Positions 9,447 through 20,338 of a stretch of DNA of 64,000 nucleotides are shown piece after piece. Each line of letters begins with the position of its first letter. Positions within the stretch are counted from its first letter, which is position 1. Location of the stretch: IMG/VR virus record IMGVR_UViG_3300031555_001542, positions 32,001-96,000 of that record. The stretch is one strand, 5' to 3'. The DNA comes from a virus. Its lineage: Duplodnaviria; Caudoviricetes. The notes beneath the pieces are model-generated. The model was not told where the DNA came from. It did no database searches and saw only the letters and a program-made list of their open reading frames with translations. The translations under genes were made by a program, and so were the position numbers.

Positions 9447-11481
9447 TTTTATTTTAACTGAAAAAGACATTATAGAAAGTTGTATTGAAGACTGTTTTGA
9501 GGGCTATAAAGAATTAGCTGGCGAACTTGAAGACGCTTTTGGTTATGGTGGAATATTTGTTAGACCAAATTTATATAACATGACAACCAAAAGATATCAA
9601 GAAAAAATGGACCTTTCTGAATTTTTACAGTGGGGGCGCAGAAATCCTTCTAGATTTATAGAAGAAGTATTCAATGTTCAGCTAATGGATTATCAAAGAT
9701 ATTTGATTGATAATTCATGGAACAAGCCTTTTGTTGTTTGGGCAATGTCAAGAAACGGAGGAAAATCTGTACTTGCTGCGTTGTTCATAATGGCAAAGAT
9801 GCTATTGATTCCTGGCTTTAAGGCTTACATATTGGCCGGTGTTGGCTCTCAGTCTATAGAGTTGTTTACCAAGATGGAGCAATTTGCTATGAAGAATATT
9901 ACTTCATTTACTAATTTAAATGATATTTTCCAGAGTAATGTTGTTAAGTCGCAGGCTAACTCTACTGGTTGGGTGCATAATCCAGCATCATATACTGTTA
10001 GAACATATGGTGGTTCTCAGTGTTTTACATTGAACGGTGCGTTTGACAATAACCGTTCAAAGCGTAGTAACCTCAATGTGTATGATGAGGCGATGAATGC
10101 CGCTGATGAGTTATTCCATACATCTGAACCATTTACCACTCAGAACTCTGAATTTAAAATGGGTAAAGATTATGATGCAGATGATGTATTGGCAGAGCCA
10201 GTACCATTCCCTAACCAATTACTATATTGCTCTTCTGCAGGAAGAACAGACCAATACTTTTTCTCAAAATATAAAGAATTTTCTATACGTATGTTTGCTG
10301 GAGATAAACGCTATTTCTGCGCAGACATTTCTTGTGATGTCATCATTAATGCTACTGTTCATAATAAATTGTGGCCAGTTCCCCTTCTAACGCAAGAGAA
10401 GGTTGATCAGGCAATGAGACAGGATAAAGAAGCAGCATTAAGAGAATATAAGAACATCTTTACATCTGAGGGCGGAGATGGTCAGATTATTAAAAGAGCT
10501 ACTATTATTAGAAACTCTGTGTCTAGACCGCCAAAGCTTACAAATGAAGATGGCAAAAGTAAATGGGCTTTATTTTATGACCCAGCAAGAAGTGCGGATA
10601 ACTCTGTAATTTTGTGCGCAGAGTATTATGAAGATCCAGTTGTTGGATGGAAAATGAAAATACAAAATGTAGTCAATCTTCTTAATGTTATGAAGAAGAA
10701 AAAGACTCCAATGACTACACCAAATCAAATTAAAGAACTTAAGAGATTGCTTCTTGAGTACAATGGACAAGGCACAGCAGACTATGAAAATATATTAGGA
10801 TTATATATTGATGCCGGTTCTGGTGGTGCGGGTGTTAATATTAGCGACTTTTTGTGGGAAGATTGGAAAGATGATAATGGTAATATGCATAGGGGCTTAA
10901 TTGACAAGGAATATAGCCCTGAAGAAGTTAGATTATATCCAAATGCAATTACGGATAAAATGCGTTTAATACAGCCATCTAAATATAAAGTTGAAATGTT
11001 CAGAGCATTAATTGAAATGATGGACATGAATTTAATTGAATGGCCAAATGAATATGATAATCGTGGTTATATCATGGTTATGTATGATTTAGATACCAAG
11101 ACTGGCGTAAAAACACCAAGATATACCGAACCTACAGAAAAAGACGTTAAGGATTTAAAGAAAAAGGGCATTGAGGTCATAAGAGAACAATATGATCTTG
11201 ATGTAAATGAAGAAGTTGCTTTAAAACAAATTGATTTGATGAAAACTGAATTAGTTAATATCTATCGTTTTAAGCAATCTTCAGGTAACGATAGATTTGA
11301 TCTTGCTCCTGATAAGGCAAATAAATTAAATGACGACCGAGCATATGTTTGTGCTATGGCAGCTTTTTTATTGCAAAAACTTCGCAGAGAGCATTTGATA
11401 ACTAGAAAAGTTGACCAAAGTGCATTAGAAGAATTTTTTGATTTTAAAAAACCAAAAGCTAGACATAGCTATTTTAACTAA
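9439..11481 (+). CDS. terL: terminase large subunit
   Basis: Walker A SRNGGKS, Walker B LNVYDE, nuclease YDPAR / IDAGSGG / DDRAY; ATG 9439 preferred to track start 9412. Confidence 0.9.
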   Translation: MNDFILTEKDIIESCIEDCFEGYKELAGELEDAFGYGGIFVRPNLYNMTTKRYQEKMDLSEFLQWGRRNPSRFIEEVFNVQLMDYQRYLIDNSWNKPFVVWAMSRNGGKSVLAALFIMAKMLLIPGFKAYILAGVGSQSIELFTKMEQFAMKNITSFTNLNDIFQSNVVKSQANSTGWVHNPASYTVRTYGGSQCFTLNGAFDNNRSKRSNLNVYDEAMNAADELFHTSEPFTTQNSEFKMGKDYDADDVLAEPVPFPNQLLYCSSAGRTDQYFFSKYKEFSIRMFAGDKRYFCADISCDVIINATVHNKLWPVPLLTQEKVDQAMRQDKEAALREYKNIFTSEGGDGQIIKRATIIRNSVSRPPKLTNEDGKSKWALFYDPARSADNSVILCAEYYEDPVVGWKMKIQNVVNLLNVMKKKKTPMTTPNQIKELKRLLLEYNGQGTADYENILGLYIDAGSGGAGVNISDFLWEDWKDDNGNMHRGLIDKEYSPEEVRLYPNAITDKMRLIQPSKYKVEMFRALIEMMDMNLIEWPNEYDNRGYIMVMYDLDTKTGVKTPRYTEPTEKDVKDLKKKGIEVIREQYDLDVNEEVALKQIDLMKTELVNIYRFKQSSGNDRFDLAPDKANKLNDDRAYVCAMAAFLLQKLRREHLITRKVDQSALEEFFDFKKPKARHSYFN

Positions 11482-11498
11482 GGAAGGAAGGTGAAGAA

Positions 11499-13016
11499 AT
11501 GGCTGAAAATAAAAATAAGAAATCAGAGCTTGAAAATGTTAAATTTGTTGAAAGCCTAGAGACGATGAAACAATATGCTAAGGCAGTAGAGGATGCATTA
11601 AAACTCGTTGACTTAACATCAAACTCCACAAAAGTATGGACCGTGTTTAGTAAAGAGTCGTTACGGTCATATTTGCAAAACCCATATGCTTCAAGTTCTC
11701 AGGCATCTTTAAGAAATTTAGCTAAGTTTTTATATACGCTTTCATTTCCCCTAAGAAGAATTGTTAATTATTTCGCCAGCCTTCCTGACTTTAGTGCATA
11801 TAAAATCAATTTAGATTTTAGCCTAATTGAGGACAATGACGAAGAGTCTTTGTTACAAGACTATGAGGATGCGTGCAGATTTGTGCGCAAGATGAATCTT
11901 GAACTCAATATGTTTAAACTATTGGTGACGGCGTGGCGTGAGGGTATTGTATACTTTCAACCATATCAAGATGATGATGGCACAATGTATTTAATGCCAT
12001 TAGATTCACAATATTGCAAGGTTGCGTCAGTTGGTTATAATGGACTGCTACATGTTGCGTTCGACTTTTCTTTCTTTAGAGGAACGAATGCATTTTATTT
12101 AGATGTGTGGGACAAGGAGTATAAACAGAAATATAACAAATTTGAAAGAGACTCTTCTTTAAAATGGCAAGAGCTTGATACAGCAAGAGCATTTAAGATT
12201 GATCTGGCTGATATTGATTTAGTTATTAGCCCATTTGCTTCACTGTTTGAGGGTCTTATTGATCTTATTGACTTACAGGCTTTGGTTGCTGTGAAGGATT
12301 CCTTGGATATTTATAAGTTACTAGTTATGAAGATCCCGCTGCTTAATAGTTCTAATCCAGATGACTTGGCATTGAACTTAAATCTTGCAAAAAAATTCTT
12401 TGCACTAGCGCAAGATTCTTTGCCAGAAGAAATTGGATTGATTTTGTCTCCTGGTATGGACGTCGATAGTATTTCATTCGATAAGAATGCAACATCTGAT
12501 ACTAATGCTATAGCAGATAGTTATCAGAACCTGATGGAGCAGACTGGTATTTCTCAGATTTTTGACAGTAGCCGTTTAACTGGCGCAAGCTCTGTGAAAA
12601 TGAGTATGCTTTCTGATGCTTTGATGGCCACTCGTGGTATTATGAAGCAAGTTGAGGCATTTGTCAACGAAAGAATATTGATGCAGTTCCCAAATAGTCT
12701 TGCGTATATTAAGTTTATAGATACTACAATTTATACAAAGGAAGATAGAATTAATCAGATTGAAAAAGCTGCATCATTGGGCTTGCCTGTCAAACAGGAA
12801 TATATGATGCTACTTGGGTATGATCCTCTTGAGACCATTGCATCTGATTGGCTTGAGACAAAACTTGGATTCTCTGTAACTAAATTTATACATCCGCTTG
12901 TTAGTGCTCATACACAGGCATCAGGATCTGATACTGGTGGCGCACCTACTAAAGCAGACGGAGAACTTACAGATGAAGGTGCAGAGACAAAAGAGAAAGA
13001 AAAAAATAAAAAGTAA
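11499..13016 (+). CDS. portal protein
   Basis: 505 aa directly after TerL; C-terminal SAHTQ...GGAP tail; synteny. Confidence 0.75.
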   Translation: MAENKNKKSELENVKFVESLETMKQYAKAVEDALKLVDLTSNSTKVWTVFSKESLRSYLQNPYASSSQASLRNLAKFLYTLSFPLRRIVNYFASLPDFSAYKINLDFSLIEDNDEESLLQDYEDACRFVRKMNLELNMFKLLVTAWREGIVYFQPYQDDDGTMYLMPLDSQYCKVASVGYNGLLHVAFDFSFFRGTNAFYLDVWDKEYKQKYNKFERDSSLKWQELDTARAFKIDLADIDLVISPFASLFEGLIDLIDLQALVAVKDSLDIYKLLVMKIPLLNSSNPDDLALNLNLAKKFFALAQDSLPEEIGLILSPGMDVDSISFDKNATSDTNAIADSYQNLMEQTGISQIFDSSRLTGASSVKMSMLSDALMATRGIMKQVEAFVNERILMQFPNSLAYIKFIDTTIYTKEDRINQIEKAASLGLPVKQEYMMLLGYDPLETIASDWLETKLGFSVTKFIHPLVSAHTQASGSDTGGAPTKADGELTDEGAETKEKEKNKK

Positions 13017-13029
13017 AGGGGCGATGTAT

Positions 13030-13215
13030 ATGAATAGCGCAAAATTTATTGTTGTACAAGATAAAGAAGTTGCCAATAAAATGATTGAGAACGGATTTAG
13101 TCTTGTGTCTAGTATGAGTGGCATATATACATTCATGAACATGGTTCCGAAACATTTTACATTTGAAAATATCGATGTTAAGAAACTAGCGTATACGAAC
13201 ACGCTAGTTTTTTGA
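13030..13215 (+). CDS. small hypothetical protein
   Basis: MNSAKFIVVQDKEVANKMIENGF; the track start at 12898 lies inside the portal gene. Confidence 0.6.
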   Translation: MNSAKFIVVQDKEVANKMIENGFSLVSSMSGIYTFMNMVPKHFTFENIDVKKLAYTNTLVF

Positions 13216-13259
13216 TATATAAACAGATGTCTGAAATTCTATAAGAAAGGAGGACAAAT

Positions 13260-14921
13260 ATGGATAATAAAATGTTAACTGTTGATGATTTGTATAAGTT
13301 TTTTGTTGAACAAAATAAGAATGTGAACTTTAGTGTTAAAGAAACTAAATCACCAATTGTTGTGTCTGTACCAGGCACATTCGCAAAAGAAGAAGAAGAA
13401 ATGCCTGGACTGTTAAAACTTAAGCTCAAAGTTTGTCATACTGATTTAAATCGTAATGGCTCATTTATTTCCAAAGAAAATATGGAAAAAGGTATGCCTA
13501 CTTTAAAATATAGACCAATTTTGGCATATATTCATGAACTAGAAGATGGCACTAAGGATTTCTATGCACACAATATGGAAATAGTAGAAAATGAAGATGG
13601 CGAGTCTGAAATCAATTATATTGAAAAACAGGTTGGCTGTTTTACGGCAGATGAACCATGGCTTGAATATGATGAAAAAATGGATAAGACTTATGTTATG
13701 GCATATAGTGTTATTCCAGAATCATATACGGAAGCAGCGGATATTATTCGCAGAAAAAATGGTACAAAAGTGTCATGTGAATTGGTAATAAATGAATTAT
13801 CATATAATGCAAAGGAAAAATATCTAGATCTTACAGATTTCTATTTTTCTGGTTGCACATTGTTAGGCTGTGACGAAGAAGGAAATGAAATTGGTGAGGG
13901 CATGCTTGGCGCACGAGCTGACATAACAGATTTTTGTCACAAAGAACCTATATTTACATATCAAGACAAAATGATTGAAGTGTTGGAAAAGTTAAATGTA
14001 ACTTTGTCTAATTTCAATACAAATACCACACAGAAAGGAGGAAACGAAATGAAGTTTGAAGAATTACTCTCAAAATATGGTATAACTGCTGAAGAAGTAA
14101 CTTTTGAAATCGAAGGTCTTTCTGATGAAGAACTTGAAGCAAAGTTTGTTGAAATGTTCGATAGTGATGACAACACTGATGATACCAGCACAAGCGAAGG
14201 CGAAGGAGATAATGGCGACGGCGAAGGTGATGATGCTGGCAGTGATGATACTGGAGATGATGATGGTGACGACGACGGAGATGGCGACGGCGATGATAAC
14301 GATGATGGTGATGTAGAAAAATTCACTAAAATCTTTACTGTTGAGCTAAGCCATGATGATATTCGTTATGCATTATATAATTTAATTTCTCAGTATGATG
14401 AGGAAGACGATGAATATTATGGCATCAGATCCGTATATGATAATTACTTTATTATGTATGGTTGGCGCAACAACAAGCTTTATAAGGTTGGCTATTCTGT
14501 AGATGGTGAAAATGTATCTTTGGAAGGCGAAAGACAAGAGGTTTTTGAACTGATTGTTACTGAGTCTGAAAAGATCGCTATTGAGAAGATGCGTGAAAAT
14601 TATGATTCTCTAGTAAAGTATAAGGAAGATACAGAGGCAGCAGCGCTACAGGCACAGAAGGACGCAATCTTTGCTGATGAAAAGTATAAAGATGTTGTTA
14701 ATACTAAATCTTTCCAAAAACTAATTTCTAATTCTAAGGATTATTCTGTTGAAGAGTGCACTCAGAAGGCAGATGAAATTCTAGACGACTTCAGCTCTTT
14801 TGCTGTTAATTTTGCTTCTAATGACGAAGTAAAAACTAATAAAACTATTGGTCTAAACTTTAATGCTAAGCCAAGTAAAAAGAAGTCTGCTTATGGCGGT
14901 CTTTTTGAAAAAGATGAATAA
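13260..14921 (+). CDS. prohead protease/scaffold (YonD-like)
   Basis: CHTDLNRNGS and KVSCEL protease-like motifs, D/G-rich linker, helical C-terminus; between portal and capsid. Confidence 0.75.
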   Translation: MDNKMLTVDDLYKFFVEQNKNVNFSVKETKSPIVVSVPGTFAKEEEEMPGLLKLKLKVCHTDLNRNGSFISKENMEKGMPTLKYRPILAYIHELEDGTKDFYAHNMEIVENEDGESEINYIEKQVGCFTADEPWLEYDEKMDKTYVMAYSVIPESYTEAADIIRRKNGTKVSCELVINELSYNAKEKYLDLTDFYFSGCTLLGCDEEGNEIGEGMLGARADITDFCHKEPIFTYQDKMIEVLEKLNVTLSNFNTNTTQKGGNEMKFEELLSKYGITAEEVTFEIEGLSDEELEAKFVEMFDSDDNTDDTSTSEGEGDNGDGEGDDAGSDDTGDDDGDDDGDGDGDDNDDGDVEKFTKIFTVELSHDDIRYALYNLISQYDEEDDEYYGIRSVYDNYFIMYGWRNNKLYKVGYSVDGENVSLEGERQEVFELIVTESEKIAIEKMRENYDSLVKYKEDTEAAALQAQKDAIFADEKYKDVVNTKSFQKLISNSKDYSVEECTQKADEILDDFSSFAVNFASNDEVKTNKTIGLNFNAKPSKKKSAYGGLFEKDE

Positions 14922-14933
14922 TTTAAAACATTT

Positions 14934-14958
14934 GGCGGCTATTGATAGTCGTTTTTTT
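14934..14958 (+). terminator. intrinsic terminator-like hairpin
   Basis: GGCGGCTAT-tg-ATAGTCGTT plus T tract. Confidence 0.5.
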
Positions 14959-15005
14959 GTTATATAAAAAACAATTTTTAATTTAAGAAAGGAATGTATT
15001 TAATT

Positions 15006-15512
15006 ATGGCTCAGGATATGAATTTAAATGTAAGCCACATCGTGGCAGAATCCACTAACATCCTATCCACCAACTTTGGCGGCGGTCATATTTATAGCAT
15101 CACTATTGATGAAGATATGGACAATGGCCTACTAGTTTGTAAGGATGAGTACATTGGTGATGAAACTTGGTCCGCTAAGGACTATGTTGCAGGTGAGGAA
15201 CCCCTATTCCTACTAGCTCCTCCTATCGTTGCTTTTACCCAGCTAAAGGGTTATGCAGACGAGGACAGATTCTACAACAAGCAGGGTGACAGAGTTCGTG
15301 CCTACACTCTAAGAGTTGGTGACAGAGTTTCTCTATCTGAGAACGCTTTTGACACTGCTCCTGTTGAGAAGCAGTATGTTACTTATGACGCTTCCGCTAA
15401 GCAGTATGTTGTTGCTGACGCTAAGACTGAGGGTCAGTTCTGCGCTCAGGTTCTAACCAAGATTGTTCGTAGCAATCTAATCATGTACAAGCTACAGGTT
15501 GTTAGCCTGTAA
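15006..15512 (+). CDS. head decoration/cement-type protein
   Basis: Position before the capsid gene; strongly biased codon usage; track start 14994. Confidence 0.55.
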   Translation: MAQDMNLNVSHIVAESTNILSTNFGGGHIYSITIDEDMDNGLLVCKDEYIGDETWSAKDYVAGEEPLFLLAPPIVAFTQLKGYADEDRFYNKQGDRVRAYTLRVGDRVSLSENAFDTAPVEKQYVTYDASAKQYVVADAKTEGQFCAQVLTKIVRSNLIMYKLQVVSL

Positions 15513-15529
15513 TTCTAGAGAAAAGGAGG

Positions 15530-16654
15530 ATGAAAAATATGGCTAATCTAATGAATTTTGACGCACATGTTCGTGCTATTTTCGAAAATGACGAGACTAA
15601 GTTTGTTAACTTCAATAAGCTAATGGTTGATGCTTCCATCAATAATTATGAGGAAGGCATTGACGCTAAGACTGCTAATGAGAAGATTAGAAAGGTTTTC
15701 AGAGAGGCTATTGGTGTTTCTGAAAATGCTACTAAGCAGGAAATTCGTAAGGCTATTAAGAAGAGAGCTAATGCTCAGATTCTATTTGACCTAATTGAAG
15801 AGCTAGTTCCCAACCTACTAAAGAGCGGCTGGGCAGAGAACCCATTCTTCAGAGAGTTCGTTGAAGAGAGATATCTAGATGAGGGCGATGAGAACATCTT
15901 CTATTCTGAGGATAACTCCGTTCTAACTGTTTCTAAGGTTTCTGGCTCTCACTGGGATCTAGACCGTCAGAGACTAGGCAAGGGCTCCAGCTTCTCCATT
16001 GAGACTTCTGAATACGGCATTGCTGTTTACAGCGAGTACGAGAAGCTAATCTGTGGTCTAGAAGACTTTGCTACCTTTATCACCAAGATTTACGAGGCTA
16101 TTGACAGATTCGTTAACGAGGCTATTTATCAGGCTCTAATGGATGCTGCAGAGAAGCTACCTGGCGGCGCTTCTGGTGCAGGTCAGTGGGTTAAGACTGG
16201 CGCTCTAGATGAGAACTCCAGAGGCACTCTAATTCAGCTAGTTGAGGATGTTCAGATGGCTACTGGTGCTAATGAGGTTATCATCATGGGTACTAAGTCT
16301 GCTCTAACTAAGGTTACTGGTCTACAGAATGTTGACTGGATCTCCAACGAGATGAAGAACGAGCGTCATACTACTGGCAGAATGGGCATTTGGGAAGGCA
16401 TTAGACTTGTTGAAATCAAGCAGGGCTTTGCTCTAGGTGACACCACCAAGAAGCTAGTTGATGACAAGGTTCTATTCATCATGCCTGTTATGGACAACAA
16501 GTTCATCAAGCTAGTTAACCGTGGCGAGGATCAGCTAAGAGAAGTTCAGGACAAGACCCTAAATCAGGACATGACCTATGACTACAGATACATGTTCCAG
16601 ATGGGTGTTGGTGTTCTAATCAACCTAATCTTTGGCGAGTGGATCCTAGCTTAA
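15530..16654 (+). CDS. major capsid protein
   Basis: 374 aa, synteny, extreme high-expression codon bias. Confidence 0.8.
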   Translation: MKNMANLMNFDAHVRAIFENDETKFVNFNKLMVDASINNYEEGIDAKTANEKIRKVFREAIGVSENATKQEIRKAIKKRANAQILFDLIEELVPNLLKSGWAENPFFREFVEERYLDEGDENIFYSEDNSVLTVSKVSGSHWDLDRQRLGKGSSFSIETSEYGIAVYSEYEKLICGLEDFATFITKIYEAIDRFVNEAIYQALMDAAEKLPGGASGAGQWVKTGALDENSRGTLIQLVEDVQMATGANEVIIMGTKSALTKVTGLQNVDWISNEMKNERHTTGRMGIWEGIRLVEIKQGFALGDTTKKLVDDKVLFIMPVMDNKFIKLVNRGEDQLREVQDKTLNQDMTYDYRYMFQMGVGVLINLIFGEWILA

Positions 16655-16692
16655 TTGTATTAGAAACAAAGGAATAAAAGGAGAAAAAAGTT

Positions 16693-17226
16693 ATGGCAAA
16701 AAATACAGATATTAATGAAGTTGAAGAAGTTAAGGCTGAAACGAAGAAGGAAAAGGCGACTCAGAAGAGCGCTAGAAAATATGCTCCAACAGACAGAATT
16801 CCCTGTCGTAGCCTTACATATGGTGAGCTACTTTTAACTGGTCCCAAGACCAAGCTATTGCATACTTGGGCCAATTATGGTGATGTTACTGAAATGGAGT
16901 ATCAGGATCTACAGGCTCTAAAGTCTACTAGATCTTCTTACCTATACAAGCCTAGATTTATCATTGAGGACGAGGAACTTGTTGAACAGTGGTCTGGTGA
17001 TTTTAAGAAGATGTACGACGAAATTGTTGAAATGGACGTCGAGGCTCTTTTTAGACTACCAATTGGTCAGCTAAAGGCTAAGCTAAAGAAGGCTCCTGCG
17101 GGAGTTCAGTTAGCTGTTAAGAACATGGCTGGCGAAAAGATTATGAATGGTTCACTAGATAGTATCGCAAAGATTAAGGCGATTGATGAGGTTCTTGATA
17201 CTCAGTTAATGCTATATATTAAGTAA
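16693..17226 (+). CDS. virion morphogenesis protein
   Basis: AAAGGAG RBS; follows capsid gene. Confidence 0.6.
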   Translation: MAKNTDINEVEEVKAETKKEKATQKSARKYAPTDRIPCRSLTYGELLLTGPKTKLLHTWANYGDVTEMEYQDLQALKSTRSSYLYKPRFIIEDEELVEQWSGDFKKMYDEIVEMDVEALFRLPIGQLKAKLKKAPAGVQLAVKNMAGEKIMNGSLDSIAKIKAIDEVLDTQLMLYIK

Positions 17227-17243
17227 TTTGGAGGTGAACCTAT

Positions 17244-17660
17244 ATGGGCACTCCATATGAAAAAGTATATGGTTATTTTCTAAATTCTACTACGGACTTT
17301 AATCTTGCGGATTTAGATGATCATACACTAAATGAAATGCTTAAAGGTTGGTTACATAGTGCAATTGTAAAGACACGCACAGCAAGTGATTTCACTCGTG
17401 ATGATGATAACGAAGTTTTTAGCAATGAGTTGAGTGATTTAGATATTGAACTTCTTGCTATGGGTATGCGCCTAGCTTGGCTAGATCAGCGCATCAATTC
17501 CACAGAATATACAAATTTATTTGTTGGTGGAAAAGAAGAAAAGTTCTATTCACCATCTTCCCAGTTGTCTGAACTTCGTGCTCTCCGTGCAGATACACTC
17601 CGAGAGATGCAACAACTTTACACATATAGCACATACAACAACAATTCTTTCTTTGACTAA
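17244..17660 (+). CDS. putative head-tail adaptor
   Basis: 138 aa helical protein in neck position. Confidence 0.5.
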   Translation: MGTPYEKVYGYFLNSTTDFNLADLDDHTLNEMLKGWLHSAIVKTRTASDFTRDDDNEVFSNELSDLDIELLAMGMRLAWLDQRINSTEYTNLFVGGKEEKFYSPSSQLSELRALRADTLREMQQLYTYSTYNNNSFFD

Positions 17661-17673
17661 GGAGGCGTTTCCG

Positions 17674-17979
17674 ATGAATATTTATAAAGAAACTACTCCT
17701 AGTCAAATTGCTGCAGAGAAGACATATATTCGCTCTGCAATTTTTAAGCTTCTGCCATATAAAGAAGAGTCTTACGAATATTTAAATGAATATTTTGGCT
17801 CAGTGCTACAACTACTTCAAGGTTTCAATAAGGTTTCTGGCAACCAGCCGGAGATGGTCAGTATTATTAGTAAGATTGCATATGCACGTGATGTTGAAGA
17901 TTTTAGTGAATATCGTAAGGCTATTCTTGATGCCTGTGGGCTGGTAGAGCGAATCAAGGAGAGTGATCCTAATGCTTGA
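17674..17979 (+). CDS. hypothetical protein
   Basis: AAGGAGG RBS before ATG 17674 (track start 17521). Confidence 0.65.
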   Translation: MNIYKETTPSQIAAEKTYIRSAIFKLLPYKEESYEYLNEYFGSVLQLLQGFNKVSGNQPEMVSIISKIAYARDVEDFSEYRKAILDACGLVERIKESDPNA

Positions 17980-19057
17980 TTCATTTAGACTTCGCATGGC
18001 TGCGCTTGGTGGCTATGAAGGTGAAGCTAGGCGTAGGAATGCTCAAAATATTATGGATGCATCTTGGATGCGAGATCCAGCTACAAAACTCGTTTATGTT
18101 AAATGGGTTGATAGTGGTCTTCCTTTAATTGATGATGATGATATTCCAGTTTACGCTAAATATAACGTAAAGTCTTATCACAATATTACAGGAGATGCGG
18201 TTTCATATTTATTGCAATTTAGATTAGAAGATATAAGAGCCAATCCTAATATTAGGGTTGGTTCTTATGTTCAAATTATGAATGAAATGGATGAGCCTGA
18301 ATGGTGGTTGATTGTTCATTATGACGATAGACTACAATTCAGACAATTTTCAATTTTGAAATGTACATGGACTTATAAATGGGTTTCTAGAGTTAGTGGC
18401 AAGCGTATTGTGTATCAGTGTCTTGGTGCACCTCGTAAACAGAACTCTTACAACAGTGGTGTTTGGTTAGACTATGTAACTCAGACTGTTGAAAACCAGG
18501 AAGTTTTATGGCTACCAACAAATAATGATACTAAAACTATTGTTTATGATACTAAATTTTTGAAGTCTTCAGAAGGTAGATATCCTCCTATTAAGTGGAC
18601 AATCACTAAAATAGAAGATACTGCAATTGATGGAATTTCAAAATTTACTTTGGCGCAGGATTTCTTTGATCCAGCCAAGGATAATGTTGAATTGATGATA
18701 GCTAATTATTATGATTCTTATGTTGAGCCAGAGGTTCCCGAACTTGAAGAAACTCCAACTGTAAATGCTTTAGATATTGTCTATTCTGGTTCTCCTGCTG
18801 TTCGTGCAGGCGGTGGATATAAAAAATTCACTCTTAAGGAACGTGTAAATGGAGAATTGGTTAATGTAACAGATGACGTTGAGTGGAGTATAGAGTTTCC
18901 TGATGGAGATCTAGAAAAGCTTGAATACTCTGTAAAAGATAATATATTTAAAGTAAAATGTTTGCCATTTTATGATTTAGTAGGTAAAACATTTACCATT
19001 ATTGCGGAAAGTAAACATAGCTCAAAATCCCTGGTTGTGGAGGTGATTAGTCTATGA
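17972..19057 (+). CDS. putative head-closure/neck protein with Ig-like C-terminus
   Basis: Neck position; beta-rich C-terminal domain. Confidence 0.5.
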   Translation: MLDSFRLRMAALGGYEGEARRRNAQNIMDASWMRDPATKLVYVKWVDSGLPLIDDDDIPVYAKYNVKSYHNITGDAVSYLLQFRLEDIRANPNIRVGSYVQIMNEMDEPEWWLIVHYDDRLQFRQFSILKCTWTYKWVSRVSGKRIVYQCLGAPRKQNSYNSGVWLDYVTQTVENQEVLWLPTNNDTKTIVYDTKFLKSSEGRYPPIKWTITKIEDTAIDGISKFTLAQDFFDPAKDNVELMIANYYDSYVEPEVPELEETPTVNALDIVYSGSPAVRAGGGYKKFTLKERVNGELVNVTDDVEWSIEFPDGDLEKLEYSVKDNIFKVKCLPFYDLVGKTFTIIAESKHSSKSLVVEVISL

Positions 19058-19575
19058 TGCGAGATATTCAAAATATCGATGATGACATTAGCGGAATGAA
19101 GAGAAAGATTAAACAAACGTTAATAGCCGACACGGACATTCTTGAAGTATTACATAATCCTGCTATTGATATTGATAGTCCAGATGAATTTCTGGATACT
19201 AACATCTTTGGATTTATTAGAATTCCAAATACTCAAGACACTGTTCGAAATTTCATTTGTGTAACTGTTGATGACATTGAAGATCATAAGTTTAATGAAG
19301 TTATGAAAATTCAACATATTACATTTACTGTTATATGTCATTTGAGTGATATAAAGACTGAATATGGTATTGATAGACATGACCTACTTGGTTATCTGAT
19401 TAGAGATACTTTTAATTGGACAAATATGTTTGGTTTACAATATCATCTAGTCTACAACAAGGAGAGTACCATTGACGGTGATTATTATTGTAGAACACTA
19501 AAATTTGAGTCAACAAAAACAAATGCGCTAAATAATGCAAGGATGGCGAATCCTCATGACAGGCTTAGACGTTGA
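19054..19575 (+). CDS. putative tail terminator/completion protein
   Basis: 173 aa; RHDLLGYLI pattern; position. Confidence 0.45.
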   Translation: MMRDIQNIDDDISGMKRKIKQTLIADTDILEVLHNPAIDIDSPDEFLDTNIFGFIRIPNTQDTVRNFICVTVDDIEDHKFNEVMKIQHITFTVICHLSDIKTEYGIDRHDLLGYLIRDTFNWTNMFGLQYHLVYNKESTIDGDYYCRTLKFESTKTNALNNARMANPHDRLRR

Positions 19576-20287
19576 TGATTTAAAACTTTATATTGGTGAT
19601 GATTATGTCATCAATGATAATATTAAAGTTTTACAACCAACTATAAGAAAAATAGCGGAATTTGGTGAGCGTGACTTTTTTTCTGTTGTTCATACAGTAA
19701 CAGCCATACCGTCTGATATGAAGTCTCAGCTTTGGGACATGGGTCTTGACTGGATGGAAGTAGATGATTTTGAGTTATTTGTAATGCTTGCACAGACTTT
19801 AACTCCAGATAGAACTAAGCTTTTATTTGGAGATTTAGATTTTTCAAAATTGAGACCATTTAATCACCCGCATATTGAGGGTGAAATCATTTTGGCAGAT
19901 AAAGAATCTGGAATTCTTATTGACAAGATGATATATCTAAAAATTGTATCCTATCTTCGCAAGGCATTTAATATTACGCCGAAGGTTGAAAAGGCGATGA
20001 ATAAAATGACCAAGAAAATTTTAATTGAAGATGATAGGATGAAACTTAAACTTAATAAAGATAAGCCTTTTAAGTCTTTTTTGTTGCCACTTATTTCATC
20101 TGTTAAGGTTAAGCAAGGTTATACTAAAGAATATGTACTCAACATGGGGTATGTAGAATTTATGAATGATGTTGCTAGACTGCAGGTAATTCATAATGCA
20201 GACCATTTATTGAGTGGTGTGTATGCTGGCACTATTGATATGAAGAAAATTAATAAGGCTGAATTGAATTGGATGAAAGAGCTGTAA
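19535..20287 (+). CDS. hypothetical tail-module protein (start may be 19556)
   Basis: 250 aa ORF before the tail tube gene. Confidence 0.6.
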   Translation: MQGWRILMTGLDVDDLKLYIGDDYVINDNIKVLQPTIRKIAEFGERDFFSVVHTVTAIPSDMKSQLWDMGLDWMEVDDFELFVMLAQTLTPDRTKLLFGDLDFSKLRPFNHPHIEGEIILADKESGILIDKMIYLKIVSYLRKAFNITPKVEKAMNKMTKKILIEDDRMKLKLNKDKPFKSFLLPLISSVKVKQGYTKEYVLNMGYVEFMNDVARLQVIHNADHLLSGVYAGTIDMKKINKAELNWMKEL

Positions 20288-20338
20288 CAATTTGTTGCTC
20301 TTTTTATATTTAAAAATTATTTTATGGAGGAAATTATC

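Noticed and set aside
14160-14315. GAT/GGC-rich low-complexity tract as a DNA repeat element
   Set aside because: It encodes the D/G linker of the scaffold protein
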